From the human T2T-CHM13v2.0 reference genome, Homo sapiens: 64,000 bases of DNA. Shown here in pieces: positions 42,484-58,247 of this stretch (positions within the stretch are counted from its first letter, which is position 1; each line of letters begins with the position of its first letter). Position numbers and translations under genes: made by a program. A model generated the notes under the pieces. It was not told where the DNA came from. It made no database searches and worked only from the letters and a program-made list of their open reading frames with translations. The stretch lies in NCBI RefSeq assembly GCF_009914755.1, contig NC_060927.1. One strand, written 5' to 3'.

Positions 42484-43532
42484 AAGCACGCATGTTCTTG
42501 CTGAAAGTTCCAAGAAATTGTTCAGAGTCATCAATAATTAAGCTTATGACTCTATAGCATGCTTTTCCAAGGCACTCCAGGAGACCTTGATGAAACTCGG
42601 GTCACCCTTCCTGTCCTGCCCAGAGCAGGAATGATCTGTTTTGTGCTCTCTGTTGCTCTCCTGTGGTGCACAGGGGAGATACAGGAGTGGATCCCAGGAT
42701 TGAGCCTTTGCCCGGCAGTCCCTGCATACATACTCTCCAGGCCTGAGAGGTGCCCTCACCACACAGAACACAATGGAGAGCATGTTCTTCAACACTCAAA
42801 CATGACAGGGCACTTTTGTATGCACCACTCTCTAGTGCTGCCCTGGTCAAAGCAGTTTTTCACTTTATTCCATGTTTTTAAAGTACTGAATCACTGGTAT
42901 TTTTTTTTTCTGCTCTAAATTTCTAAGCTACATTCAAGCTTTTAAAATATTTTACCTAGAAATAAAGGTAGCCTACTGTGCTTGGGGTTGCCCCAGGATG
43001 AATCAGCGTTGGCCACACTGTGGACTAGAAATAGTGACAGCAGGACACTCTGTGCACCTCCTTGTTAAGTGCTTCCATGCATATCCTTGCTTCTTCCCAC
43101 TGAAAATCATCAGCAGCATCAACGTGCCTGAGCCATCTTTGCATCATGAGCACACTACCTGAGCTGTGTGTTTGGTGCATGAGTGAATGCGTGATGAAGG
43201 TTCTGGACAAGAGCTGCAATATGGCCACCTTCAAGTCTGCACTTTTGAGGGACAGAAAGGGAGGTTTGGAGAGCGGATATTCTTCTCTTTCTCAGATCAA
43301 TCAAATAAATCTGTGGAGGCATAAATATGATCTCATCTAAGAAGAAACCTTGCCAGAAAAATGTAATGAAATAAAGGACACTCGTAAGGAATGAATTGAA
43401 GAGAATGAGGCTGACCTGCATGAAGATATAAACAAACTCCATACAGTACTTTTCCAGGTAGAAAAATCAGTATTAAAAAGATGAAAACAAAAATTAAGAC
43501 AGAAAGGTATGAAATATTTATAAGGAATATAA

Positions 43533-43884
<352 letters not shown>

Positions 43885-45086
43885 AGAAGTGCTTTTTTTA
43901 ATAAAGTACTCAACCAACTATTAATTAGAGGTTGATAAATAAAAGAAATCACATTCAATTTAAAAGTAAGATCCAGATTTAATAGACTGTACAGTCTATT
44001 CCCTGATATTGGCATCTAAAATAACAGTCAGAGAAATCTCCAGATCTCCAGAATGGAATAGTGTTCAAGTTTAATGAAATTAGTTATTAAACAGAGTACT
44101 TTTTCCCAGTATGCCTTGCTGGGAGAAAAAACTCAGAGATATTCAAGAGAATAACTTTGGGCCTAAAAGATGGGCCCACTTGTGCAGAACTACAAAGCTG
44201 GTAATATATTTCATATCTTCTTCAAGTGGCACCCTTTGAAGAGAAAATAATGTTTACTTAAAATGAGTCTTCAAAGAAGGATTCGTAGTGTCTTAAGTTA
44301 GCATGACCAAAGAATCAATATGCTTAATTACACACTTATTTAAGAGTGAAAACACTTCACCTATGTTGAATATTACCTCACTGTTTGCTGAGTGTTCTAA
44401 TGAGTTTAAAGTACATTTATATAACTTTATTGCTTGAATCTCTGCTGATAGTAATTTAGTTCTGTCTCTTATAAAATAAAAACACCTAAGGTTAGTAAAA
44501 CTGATTTCCCAAGGGTTGGCATGGAGAAATAAATGGTAATGATTGGTACCTACAGTCTGATAATACTAGTTCTACTATCAGAGTCACTAAATACTTTATC
44601 TTCCCAGATTGAACCTGTTTATATGTTAAATTGTGTTGGGGGAATTCAAAATGCTGGAAAGATTGTTACATTAGCTATTATAATCAGTTGGGTTAAAAGT
44701 TTTTGGTAATCATCAGACTCCCTAAATGCAATTTGGCCTAAAATTTGCATTGGCCCTGCCCTATTTCCAAAAGCTACCCTCTTCCTTTACTTTGAGTTGC
44801 ATCACTTACTAACTTGGACAAATTACTTAACTTCTATGTGTCTCAGTTTCCCTGGCTGCATTCAATGGGGATATTATTAGTACTTATCTCAAAAAAAGTT
44901 ATGATAAGTGAATTAATTCATGTAAAATATTGAGAACAGTGCCTGGTATCATAAATGCCACATATGTGTTTGCTATTATGATGATGATGACTATGATGAC
45001 ATTGCCCCCAGCAATCTCTGAGCATCATTGGACTTAAGGAACACAGCATCCGCCTTTAGGACTTAGGAGCAGAAATCCCCACTTCT

Positions 45087-45379
45087 GGCCAGGTGCGGTA
45101 GTTCACACCTATAATCCCAGTGCTTTGGGAGGCTGAGATGGATGGATTGCTTGAGGCCAGGAGTTCGAGACCAGCCTGGGCAATATAGCAAGACGGTCTC
45201 TTTATAAACAATAGAAAAAAGTAGCTGAGCATGGTGGCATGCACCTGTAGTTCTAGCCACTGGGGAGGCTGAGGTGGGAGGATCATTTGAGCCCAGGAGT
45301 TTGAGGCTGCAGTGAGCTATGATTGCACCACTGTACACTAGCCTGGGTGACAGAATGAGACTCTGTCTCTAAAAAAAAA
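45087..45379 (+). mobile_element. AluJ
   Basis: TSD agaaatccccacttct / agaaatcctcatttct. Confidence 0.9.
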
Positions 45380-47420
45380 GAAATCCTCATTTCTGTTGAA
45401 CTAAGTAAACATAGAGTTCTTTAAGGGAATTATTTCACGTATGGGTTAAATAGCTTAGCAGGAGGAGTCAACTGGGCTGTTATCTCCAAGAAGCCTGCAC
45501 AAACAGGTTAATTTTTAAAGTCTGTGTAATAGTTTTTAGCTGGATTTTAATAAAGTCCAAAGTTCAAAGTCACATTACTACTAGAATATTCAGTCTAGTA
45601 GAAGGAATTTCTGATACACACACACGAACTTTGTCCTATCTCAAAAGTCTGACAACCCACCAAGAATCAGAACTGGTGCCTCATAAAATAACGGGGGTGA
45701 TTTTTAGCCTTGGAGCAAAAGCAGGAGGCTGGGTCCAGGCTGGTTCTCCCAGTAAGGAGGCTAGAACTCGTGCAAATACACCACTTAGCCTCACTGGGCC
45801 TGCACACCTGCATCTGAAGCATGAGTGGCTTGGACCAGTGGAGCTTGTACATATAAGCAGTTATGATTTTTCTAATGACCTCAACTGAGTGCTGCTTTGC
45901 CTGTGTGGGCTCTTCAAATTTAAAGGGCACATGAAAGATTCACTGTCTTATACTTAATGGAGCCATTCCTATCCTTCTCCAGAAAGTCCTGGAGGGAAGC
46001 AGTGACACTGAGTATACTTGCGAGGGCAGGTGAGTGTGGATGAGCAGGGTGGCAAGAGAAGGGAGGAGAAAATCTTTTGAAGGAGATGGTTTACCCCTGC
46101 GAGTGGAATCTACGCACGCACAAGAGACAGGAAGAGAGAATGGGTATCCCAGTCTTGCTTTTCACTTGCTGGTGCTGATATGGAGGTAGAGGGTGAGAGT
46201 ATCTTTGGTTTCCTCTGATTCCACAAAGGTTACAACCCTCCCAGACAACTTATTATTAAATGGCTGAGCTGCCTGAACATTCAGTGGTGCCCTAACTTCA
46301 TCATCCCATACCACAAAGGCCTCTCCTCATCATACCAATAGGGAAGGAAGAACTGGGCTCCTGTGAGTGGTGGTGGTCTCCTTTCCCTCCACGATGACAG
46401 TGGAAAGAGCAGTGCCACTGCCTTTATTTCTCAAATCTTGAAGGTACAAGTTAAAAAACAAAAAAAAAGTTCACACTAAGAGACCAGTTTATGCCTTGTA
46501 TGTTGTAGACTCAGTCATGTTGAAAATGATGCTTTATTGAATGTTTGCCATGAGAAGAGTTCATGGCCCTGTCTCAACAATGGCGCCCCCTTTGGTCAGG
46601 TGTTGATATATACACTGAGAACAAGGCATTTAACCCGGTAACTCATTTAGGTAGAGAATAGCTGGAAATAAAAGAATGTTTTGGAATTTTGTCTCTTGGT
46701 CGGGGGAGGGAGTCTTTTCCTCTTAAATAATTAAAATAAAAAACATAAACAAAATGTTTCATTTCCTCTCAAACACTAGAGTCTATTAAAGTAAACCCTA
46801 ACTTACTTCAAATCACTTTGGACCTGCGCTTTCAAGATAAAATACTCTGAAGTGTTTAAATATTTTCACTTAAAAACTGGTGGAATTGTATTGCAGAGAA
46901 ATGGGAGCCATGTCTGCTGTCAAGTATCATGTGCCTGGAGGCTGCACCACCACCTCTACAAAGGCTGGGATCGAAGTGTGAAATGGCACATTATCAGGGC
47001 TTTTGTTTCCCCGGTCTCTCTCTAGCAATCAGGTTACTTTTCCTTTCCCTGTCTGACAATATGGGACTTGTTCCCATAGCTTTCCTACTCAGTTTTCCTT
47101 ACACATCAGGGAAAGGTGTGCAAGGTGGCAGGATGAGATGAAATTGGCCTGGACTTCTCAGTGTTTCCAAACTTCTCCTGCTCCCTCCAGCATTATTAAA
47201 ATTAGTTGTTGTCAAAGGTTTGAAGCCGAAAAATCAGACTGCATTGTCCTAAAAGTTTGTATTTCTCAAACAAGGTCAGCACACCGTTGATCTTTTTTGG
47301 GTCTCAGTCGGTGAAAACCGACACTGTAGGGCAAGGGCTGTTCACTCACTTTTCTGTGGGGTCAGGTAGGTCACAAAAAGGGGTGGTGCAGACCATGGTT
47401 AAGATGAAAACAGGAGATGT

Positions 47421-47713
47421 GGCCAGGCGCGGTGGCTCACGCCTGTAATCCCAGCACTTTGGGAGGCCGAGGCGGGCGGATCATGAGGTCAGGAGATCAA
47501 GACCATCCTGGCCAACACGGTGAAACCCTGTCTCTACTAAAAAAAAAAAAAAAAATACAAAAAATTAGCAGGGCATGGTGGCGGGTGCCTGTAGTCCTAG
47601 CTACTCAGGAGACTGAGGCAGGAGAATGGCGTGAACCCGGGAGGCAGAGCTTGCAGTGAGCCGAGATCGTGCCACTGCACTCCAGCCTGGGCGACAGAGC
47701 GAGACTCCGTCTC

Positions 47714-47746
<33 letters not shown>
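47421..47746 (+). mobile_element. AluY/Sc-like element with expanded middle A-run and (GAAAA)n tail
   Basis: TSD gaaaacaggagatgt. Confidence 0.92.
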
Positions 47747-47747
<1 letters not shown>

Positions 47748-49566
47748 CAGGAGATGTATACTAACCAACTGACACCAGCTTCTGAGTTGGGGGGAGGTGG
47801 CAGCTGGAGGAGAAGGACAATCACTTGTCCTAAATGGGAGCAGCAGCTAGCATCTTTGCAGGCAGTTCACTGCATCTTTGCAAGAAAAAGGCCAGAAATC
47901 TAAATGTAATGCTCAATTGACAGATTTTTAAGTGTTGCCAATTAATACACATATTTTTAAAACAGGGTATATGACCATAGTGTGACAGCCAAATACATTT
48001 GTGGAGGGCCAGTTTGTCCTCCTCTGTGGAAAAGCTCAGAATACGTGTCCTGCAGCAGTAAAGGGAGACAAGGAGAAGATAGGGCAGGGAACAGGGTAAG
48101 TAAAGCCCACTGTATACACCAGACTCAGCTCAGATATCAAGCAGGAACCTAGCAGAGGGCTTTGTAGTGTCACTGTCACTTCCAGGGAAGAGAACTGCGC
48201 CAGTCCCTCTCCCCGGGAGTCTGATCCAGGGAGAAGAGAGGAAGCAGGGTGTTGGGGTGCTTTGCCGATCACATGATGTATGACACCCAATGGGAGGGCT
48301 GTTGCTGGGGAGAGAAGGGTTGTCTTGCACCACAGTGACCCTCTGCAGAGGAAGGAGGAGCAGGGAACGCTCTGCCTCCTTGTTACCAATAGCAACTCTC
48401 ACTCCCCTCGCAGGGCCCGGCAATTCTGAGGCTGCCATCTCTTTTCTGGCTGTTTCCTTCCCTCTTTCTGTGCAGTGTGCCCTTTCCTCTGTTCCACCAG
48501 GGTGGCTCTCATTAGTAGATGACTGGTGGTAATTAAGGCTGCCCCCTGTATGGTAGAGGTGAGCCTGTGTGTGGGTGGGTGGGAAACATGAGGACCCCAG
48601 TCAAGCGCCTGATCATGAAGGGCTATGGAAAGGGGCAGAAGGATCCTGTCCCTCATGGTCTCACTGCCCAGGACTTATCTCTAGAAAAAGGATAGGAGGT
48701 CACAAATAGTGCAGGAATTGACCTCAGACCATGAGTAATCCGAGATTCAAGAATGTATCAGGGAGGATACACCATTTCCATAGGAAGAAAGGAGGAAGCA
48801 ATGAATTTTGGTTATGGAATAATAAGATACGAAGATCCCAACTATATAATTATCCCCAAAAAGTCAAACATCCAACATCTGGCTTAACCTGTAGAACTGT
48901 TTCCCAAATGTCAGTCAGTCATATCCTATCAACATAATTTTTGCCGTACCTCACACCACTCATACTAGTATTCATGTAGTAGTTTCCTTTAAATTAAGCC
49001 ACTGTTTTATGTAAGTTTATCAAAAGGAAAAGTTAAATCGCTGCCCCAAATAAGAAGCCAGTATCACCTGCCATATGTGAAAACAGTAGTAAAAACAAAA
49101 AAACTGCAAATGCTCATACACGAGCCAGAGAAATAATCTCAAACATTACCTGGTATGTATATGCACTTAGGGAATGATTGTTGTAAGGAATAGAAGAGAA
49201 ATCAGCCAATCTAACAGGCTGACTCTCTAAACTATCACCCTCTCTGATAAGCTGTTCTGTGCTGCCAGGAAAGATATGACTTGGAGTTATAGATCAAAGA
49301 GCTTTCATGTTATTACTTGGCTTCACTTACCCATTTTGGCTAATAATTTCTTACCTTAAAGGTGGGGGAATAAAGACCTGCTGTACAAACAGTAGATACT
49401 CAATATATACTTTAAGATGAATGACAGCATATGGAAAGTAATTCACCAAGTCATCATACATGTTAGTCTCATTCTATCAGCAGGACCTAGGGATTAGAGC
49501 TAATCCAAAATAGAATCACAAGAAAACCTCACCCTTAGATCTGCGAAACATCGAAGACCAAACTCA

Positions 49567-49743
<177 letters not shown>

Positions 49744-50719
49744 TCAGTTTACACACCACCAGTGAGCACAAAGTCAGAATATCCAAATGCTTCTGAGCAT
49801 TTGAAAGATCCAATATCCACTTACAGGAGTCTCATAAAATACAACATGGTTCACATAGCTACTGCTAACATTTCTAGTGAATACATGTTTACTTCATATT
49901 TAAGGAAACTAAGTTAAAGGGTCAACAACCAGCCATCCTTGCTGTGAATGACCACCTGACATTTAAAGTAAATACCATCAGATGACAACTACAATGGAGA
50001 TGGTAAGCTATTTTTAATTAGTAAAAGCCTAAGCCATAAATAAAAGGCATTTCATTATCCCGTCTATTTCTTACACGTCGACAGCTCATCCAAATGCAAT
50101 TGTTATCTACACAGATTTTTGGAGTCCAAAACACCAGCCCCAGAGCCCCATTTTCTCTGTTTCCAGATATCCCGAATGGCTTTTCAGGTTTCGTAACGGG
50201 TTTTGTTTCATTTTGTTTTTAAATTCACTGGCCCCAGGAAGCCCAGAGGATTAAGTCACACAGAGTCTGGCAGAAAAACAAAGTTATAAAAAGATCTCAT
50301 CTTGTAAACATGACATTATCGTTTATAGTGAAAGCACTCATATGTTCTTATTTTAATAAAATATTTTATTAGTTTACTTTTCAAACATCTGGGAGAATTT
50401 CTACTTTGTAGCTAGAATAAGAATATATGCTCCCTAAAAGCCAAAGGATTCTGTGGGCAGAAGTTTATTTTTAGCCCTGTCTACCACTCATCAAGAATGA
50501 TAATATGGTTTAAGACTGCAATATATTATTTTTCTGATTCACACATGCCTATTAGCATTGTGAATGAGGGCAATTTTGTCAACCAGCACTCCAAATCAAT
50601 CATGCTACAGATGAGTTCTACCAATTCTAGACTGGGAAGTAAGAAAACGATGACAACCCGAAGGTAAAAGTCATAAGTATAATGACCTGTCGTGCAAATA
50701 AAGGGCCTATTTTTGTCCT

Positions 50720-51100
50720 AGTCCTTTGAGATGCAGACACCAAGGATATTACTGGGTAAATTACTATGTGAATGGAAACAGGGAAGGAGCCAGGCAGTAT
50801 GGGAAGTCATCAGATTGCTATGCAAGTCTGACCCTGAGTGAAGGAGAGAGGGAGAAAAGGTAGGTGGAAGGGTCCCAGCCTGTCCTGCAGGTCTTGTAAA
50901 GTCATAGGGGATTACTTGGGTGAAAGTTGCCTACGAAGGAATCTTGTGTCCTCCAGGAAAGGGCCTGCCTTAGTATCCCCACTGTGCTAGGTCACTGGCG
51001 GGGAGTGGCCCTTGAAAGGTGCGGCCTGCTGCCATTGCAGCAGCTGGGGCTGACAACCAGTTACACTTCCTATATGGAAGTCTGTGAGGCACAGTCTCAT
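50720..51100. mobile_element. Old ERVL-type solo LTR (LTR16-like)
   Basis: atgcaagtctgaccctgagtgaaggagagaggga resembles the LTR16 family as recalled. Confidence 0.5.
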
Positions 51101-51642
51101 GACAGAGACTCTCTGCTGGGGCCAATACTCCAAATCTCAAGGAACTGAGATTCTCAAGACTGCTGGAGCCCTAGCCACTCTGTCTCAAATAGCAGGGAAT
51201 TCTAAAATTTTAAACATCAGTATTTTAAGAGGAGTGATAGCCATTGAGTGGAGTCTTTGTATAACCTGTGCACTGAAAATTAATTTTGGATTTTCATACA
51301 TTGGAGTTTATAGTCTTGTGAGTTGGTCACAGTTTTATGTCAGGTGAGGAGTAGTCCAAGAATAAATGATGTACAGAATCTGTAAAACAAACAAGACTCC
51401 CCAAAGTATGCTTTCTTTTTCTTCCTTTTTTTTTTTTTCTAATAAAAACAGGATTCTCCCACTGCTCTGAAATGAATGGATTCCTGGTTGATTTAAGATG
51501 ACTCTGCTTTCTAAATATGCCAGCTTGAATCCATGCAGGGCTCGGTGTAGTGGAAGTAAAGCAACTGCAGCTCCTGGCAAGGAAACTTCAGTACCTGCAG
51601 AGCAGACCAGCAACAGATTTCACCCCAGAGGAGGGTACTTAC

Positions 51643-51697
51643 GGGGAGCACCTTCTGCCATTTCAATGGCGGTGATACCCAAAGACCACAAGTCACT
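51643..51697 (-). CDS. TNIK: TNIK coding exon (inferred exon 8), 55 nt
   Basis: Encodes SDLWSLGITAIEMAEGAP(P), kinase subdomain IX. Acceptor tttttcAG, donor CCC|GTAAGT, phases 0/1. Confidence 0.97.
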
Positions 51698-51964
51698 CTG
51701 AAAAAGAAGGGGCAGACACACACATAAATTCAGTCAACAAAGGACAACTTGGTTAAACCTGGTAATTGCTTCAGAACTTCCTGTGAAAGTCATTCAGTTT
51801 TCTGTTTACAAACCTATTTCTTCCACTAACCTTCAAAGCAGAAACAGTCTTACTTTTCATTGACAGTACCACTCATGGTGTCTGGCACATGGCAGCTTAT
51901 CAATAAATGTATGAAAAATGAATATAAACAATTTTAAATTAATTCGTTACTGAAACTTATCTGT

Positions 51965-52605
51965 GGGTTGAACCATAGGAAATTGCTGCTATTTGACTGT
52001 TTATAACACCATCATTGAGCTATAATTGTCATATAATAAACTGTACCTAAAGTACACCATTTGATAAGGTATGACGTAGGGATCCTCCTGTGAACACATC
52101 ATCACAGTCAAAACAGTAAACATACCCATCATCCCCCAAAGATCTCATTTGCCTCCTTCCTTTCCTGCCTGAACCCATCCCCACTCTCCTGTCCCTAGGC
52201 AACCAATGATCTGCTTTCTGTCACTATGAATTAGTTTGTAACTTCCAAAGTTTTGTATAAGTGAAATCACATCATATGTGGTCTTATGTATTCGATCTGT
52301 TTCACGTAGAATAGTGTTTCTGAAGTCCACCCATGTTGTAGTACATATCAGTATCTCACTCCTTTTTATTGTTGTGTAGTATTCCATTCTATGGACATAT
52401 CACTGTTTTTGCATTTGGACTGTTTCTAGTTTGGGCTATTACAGATACAGGTGCTGCAAACATTGGTGTACAAATCCGAGGGTGTATGCTTTTATTTCTT
52501 TTAGTTAAATACCTGAGAGTGGAATGGCTGGATCAGATAGTAGGTGTTATTTATATTCAATTGGTTTAACTAGAAAAACAGCAATTTCATATGGTCTTAC
52601 CTAAT
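51965..52605. mobile_element. MADE2-like mariner MITE split by an antisense L1 3' fragment (~52005-52555)
   Basis: Left TIR ggttgaaccataggaaattgc, right TIR gcaatttcatatggtcttacctaata, with L1M 3'UTR-type sequence between them. Confidence 0.7.
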
Positions 52606-53628
52606 AAGATGAGGACAGGGAGACTTTTTGATGATGGCATTCACTGATGTCTCTCTTGTGCTTAGATCAGAGTTGGGCACAGTAGGAGGTACTCAAAGTA
52701 TTTGTTGAAAAGATAAACAATTATTGCCTATTTTGTGAGTAGACTAGTATGTACAATAGAGGCCAGTATACCTTTATATTATTTCTTATGCTCAGAGTGA
52801 CTTTTATTCTCTGAACAGAATTTTCTAGGCTAATGCCTCCATTTCTACCTGTACAATCTCCATCTCTAACAATATTCTCCTCCCATACTCTGTCTGTGGC
52901 TCAGTAGTCTCTAAATATTGCATGAGAGGGGGAATATCAAGAGATGGGGAAAACCTGGTTAGAAAACACCAAGAAGAGGCTTGCTGCCTCAGTTTCACAG
53001 CAGATTGGTAAGAAAATCTAGTATCAAATTTGGTTCAATGGCCCACATCCTAATATAGATATTTCATTTTAAATACCTCATGCATTTTGTACATTTTTCA
53101 AAATTGTCTCAGATTAGAGTGATCAAAGGTAAGTTTCCTTGCTATTGCCATCAAACAAATGTCAAGGCCACATGAAAAAGAGATGTAACTGGAAGAGAGC
53201 TTCATAAAATTCATAACCTTCATGCTGAGTCACTCCCCAGAACTAAGTTTCTCAATATCCTGTGAAATGACACTCAGGGCTCTTCAGTAATTGGGCAGAG
53301 GTCTGCACAATGTGGAGGGGGTTTTCTAGGGGGTCTAGCCTCTTGCCTAAAGTGCAGTCTACCTGAGAGCAGGTGGCTGGGGCACATGTGTAACCTCACA
53401 CTAGGAGCAAGGGGGATTCTTTCAATGTTACCAGTTCTCAGTTCAACTGGGAATAGCAATGCACCTTCACAACACCATCATTCTAAGACTCCAAGGAACT
53501 CTCTGCATACAACACAACTCACAAAGTCAACTCTTGTCCCTTCTCTTTGTTATGTTTCAAGATGTACACAAAGATTTTCATTAAACGCAATCTGCACCCC
53601 GTGTTTCTCTGGCCTAGCAAGTGACTGA

Positions 53629-54113
<485 letters not shown>

Positions 54114-55326
54114 TGAGAGAAACACTGAATCATTTGCTGTTCAGGAGGCTTTAAACAGGAAACACAGCAATAATAGTCTGGAAATGGTGGGTTGGCTCTT
54201 AAGGTCCCTGTGCTATTTTGATAAGACTCTAGTATCTCCAGACCTTGGTAGTTCTACCACCATTTTACCCAAATCCCTAGGAACTGAGAGTTTCTATAGC
54301 GTGAAATAAGACACAAGTAAGAAGGTGGCAGCCAGGCTCTATGGCCCTAACTGCAACAGAAGGGTCCAATTTAAATGGCTTTCAAGTCCAGAAAGCTTTG
54401 AGCTGGGTTGAAAACCAATACATGTGAAAGAAAATGATGGTTCTGGGGTAAGAAGAACTCAAGGCCAGGCCTCAGGTCAGGAAGAAGGAAAATGCTCGAA
54501 GGCCCAGCCTTTGGATCTTGACTCAAGCTGTTACCTCTTCCTGCAGCACCTCAGCAGTGATGTGCTAGCTGACTCCCTCACCTCCCCAAAGCCTGCTCAA
54601 CCCCTGTGTTCTCAACGAGGACCCCTGGGACCTCCCCCCAGCACTGCTCATGCCCCTTCCCCATATTTGTCCCCCACAGAACTAACCACCTCTAACATAC
54701 GACATGTTTATTCATCACTAATTTACCATGTTTTGTGTTGATTGCTTGTGCCCTTTACCTCTAACACACATACATAAGAACCTAAGAGCCACAGGGCAAG
54801 GATCTTTGTTCTGTTGTCTGATGTATCCAAAGTACCTAGAACTGCTCCTGGCACACAGTAGGCCCTTAATAAATATTTATTGAATGAATGAACAAATGAA
54901 AGATACATGAGAGAACGTAGCAAAACCTAAGTGTTCTAGGGCTAGTAGACTCTTTGCAGATCACCTAGCCAAACCTTTCACTTCACAAATGAGGGAACAT
55001 GACTTACCCAAGATCAAAGAGCAACTTAGCAGCTGGTTTTAAACTGAGCTGGGTCTTCTGCTTCCTAGGCCAGTTCTCTTTTAACTAGCATCACAATCTA
55101 AGGACTTGAGTATTCACCATTTTTCCCCTTATCATTTTTGTTATCAAAATGCATTTTTAATCCATAAAATAATTACTTCAGATTCCTACTTTGTCCATAG
55201 GTGACTGAAGGTGCTGGCAACTCAATAAAGGTACTGAGATTCAGTGAGGTACTCCAGTTTCATGCTATAAAACTCGCCTCAATTTCCCAATGGCAACATG
55301 GATTGGTAGAAAGAAAGAAACAGGTA

Positions 55327-55455
55327 TTGATTGATTGATTGAGATGAGGTTTCACTATGTGGCTCAGGCTGGTCTTGAACTCCTGGGCTCAAGCAATCCT
55401 CCCACCTCGGGTTCTCAAAGTGTTGGGATTATGGGCATGAGCCACTACACCCAGC
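55327..55455 (-). mobile_element. FLAM / Alu monomer
   Basis: Single antisense monomer with a (TTGA)n tail. Confidence 0.85.
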
Positions 55456-55717
55456 TGAGAATAGGCTTTTAAGACAGGCAGATCCGAATTCAAATAGAGG
55501 TTTCCAATTTAGCTACATGCAGACTGTTGCTCAGAGCTTAGCTTTCTCAATTGCACAATGGAAATAACCGTGGCATGCATGTATTGATCAGGTATGCTGC
55601 TAGCACAAAATCTGGCACAGAGTAGGGCTCAAGAATATTGATTTCCTTCTTCTCCACTGTCAGGTGACACTGCCTTTGCCTGCCCAACTTAGTCTTCTAT
55701 GATTTCCCTTCATTTAG

Positions 55718-56180
55718 TTGTGGCAGAAATTGTTTATTGGCTAACCCAATGGTCATTTTCAACCCTCATTTTTGTTGCTGCTTCCATTTCAGAGTATAGC
55801 AAAGCCACACTTGCCTATCCTGACTCCCCGACAGCTAAGGATGGCAGTTAGGGATGTGACATAGTTTTCTCCAATGAGACATAAGCAAACATCTTCTGGG
55901 AGCTTCTGCTTTTCCTGAAATAAGGGACAAATATAGCTAGTGTCTTGCTAACTTTTTCCCACTTCTTAGTGCCTTGAATAAAAATATGATATCTGGAGCT
56001 ACAGCATCCATCTTGCAACCATGAGTTATTGCCAACAGACTAATGATGCCAGCACAGAAAGCTAGGAGCTTCGGTTTCTGAAGGTATCAGTGAAGCATCA
56101 CATGAACCCTGAACTGCCTACCTCTAGATTTCTGGTGACATAAGAAACGTAAGTACAGACAAAAGCATTCCTAAGTGATA
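55718..56180. mobile_element. MaLR MLT1-type solo LTR
   Basis: tgtggcag start; ccaatgagacataagc and tctggagctacagcatccatcttgcaaccatgag motifs. Confidence 0.65.
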
Positions 56181-57945
56181 ATACACATACAGCAGTAATT
56201 TGAAGAACATACTTTGACAGTAAGGAAATGGAGAGGTCTCATTTGTTAGGTAATCCTGGATTTATTCCACAGGAAGCAAGAAGGTTTAGGGAAAAAATAT
56301 GTACTTTATTTAGTACACATCACCTCAGAATCCCTCTTGGGCAGCCTTTCCCTAAGCCACCAGAACACCCCTTTCAAACCAAAGGTCATATCACCACAAA
56401 TACCTGTGCATACTCTGCTAAGTCACATGACCTAGTCAATTCTGCTGCTTCCTTAAGCCTTCATTTGATATCATTGTTAGGATTTTTTTTTTTTTTTTTG
56501 GCTGGGGTTCTCTTGTTTTCCAAAAGGAACATTTATATTCCTGGTCATATATATCCAAAGTTGCTTGTAAGCTACACTCAACTGCCCATGCTAGAAAGCC
56601 ATAAATGTCCTTGACAGGCCTTGTTTAGCCGTTGGATACATTAGCGAGTCCCAAAGACACTTCAGAACTTAAGTAAAGGAGAAAATGCTCCAATTACCAC
56701 TGGCAAGACAGATCACAGGAGACAAGCAAGGGAAGATGGAAGAACAAGATGAGGAAAGAGTCAGAAAGAGATAAGTTTCGTTCATGGCCATGGTGTGACT
56801 CATTTTGGCAGAAGCTGGATAATTCATTATTCCAGAGGTGTTGTGCAGCCTAGCCTGTGGCATGATTAATACCCTAGCGCTATGTGCATTACAAACAGAA
56901 GAGAGACAAATTCTAGTGCCTTTGGGAAGGCAGAGGCAAGACAGAACTTTTGGCTGCTGGAAAGGGTGGGAGTGGGGAACAGCTGATACACAAGCAACTT
57001 GAACAGAACAAGAAAGCATTCCTTCTGGGGCTGGGCTGCTCAACACAGTGAAGAAAAGCAACACGTTTAGATGTCTGAACCAGCCACAGAAGAATGAGAG
57101 GCTGTGTGGCACAAGACAAGAACCCCAATGTGCACCATGAGGTAGAAGGTGCCTATGGTCTGCAGCCAGACCCAACTGTGACACAACTAACAACTCTGAG
57201 CCCATGAAAAGAACTGCAACAGGAAAAGAACACATGTCTTGCAGGACTGGTAAGAGAATTCAATAAGGAAGAATATGCAAAAAGTGCCTAATATACAATG
57301 CAGTACATGCTGCATTGGGTATTCAACGAATGTGGGTACAGATAGACCCTTAGGACCAGATATCATCAACTGGCAGTTCAACCAGCAAACCAGAGTCAGG
57401 TAAGATGACAGGGAGCTCTGGTACTCAGTGGTGGTCAAAGAGGTCACAGGGACCATGCAGGCATAAACAAGAAGCTTACAGGAAGCAAACAGGAAAACGT
57501 GTGTCCTCCTTCCTCCTCCAGACTTGATCTCCCGTTCTCTATTGCTCCCTGCTGGCAGAGCCTGATAAGAAGTCAGATGGACAAACAGAAGGGAGGACAG
57601 CTGACTCCTAGCTCCATTATCACAAAGCAGAGAGCAGCACGGCAGTCCACAGTTGACAGACAATAGCTTAATAATGGGCACAGCCAGCATACTGTATCAC
57701 AGAGCAGAAAATCGTCTTTTGTTGGGTAACTTATTTGTGACTAGTTTATTCTTTTGAAATGTTCCAGGTGGGAAAAAGAAATTGATGCATTGTGTGTATG
57801 GTCCCTAGGGACAACATCTTAATTGAGTGGTAAAAGTTATAGAGAAGCAGATTCTGGCTCAACGTAAGCAGACAGAGGTGTGTAACACAAATATGAGGTT
57901 GAACCGTATGAAACTGTTGCCTTTTAGGGGTAAAAAATGGCCCCC

Positions 57946-58247
<302 letters not shown>

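Noticed and set aside
43260-43420. Possible decayed duplicate of exon 10 (gcAG|GTCA start, FNSFLTSVL versus [16 protein letters not shown] versus IDRTKKKR)
   Set aside because: Frame, motif spacing and offset (~1830 bp versus the 2001-bp repeat spacing) do not fit, and nucleotide similarity is weak.
56669-57690. Minus-strand ORFs of 188 and 167 aa in intron 7
   Set aside because: Leu/Cys/Ser composition typical of non-coding DNA, partly over an LTR-like fossil, with no convincing in-phase splice sites noticed.
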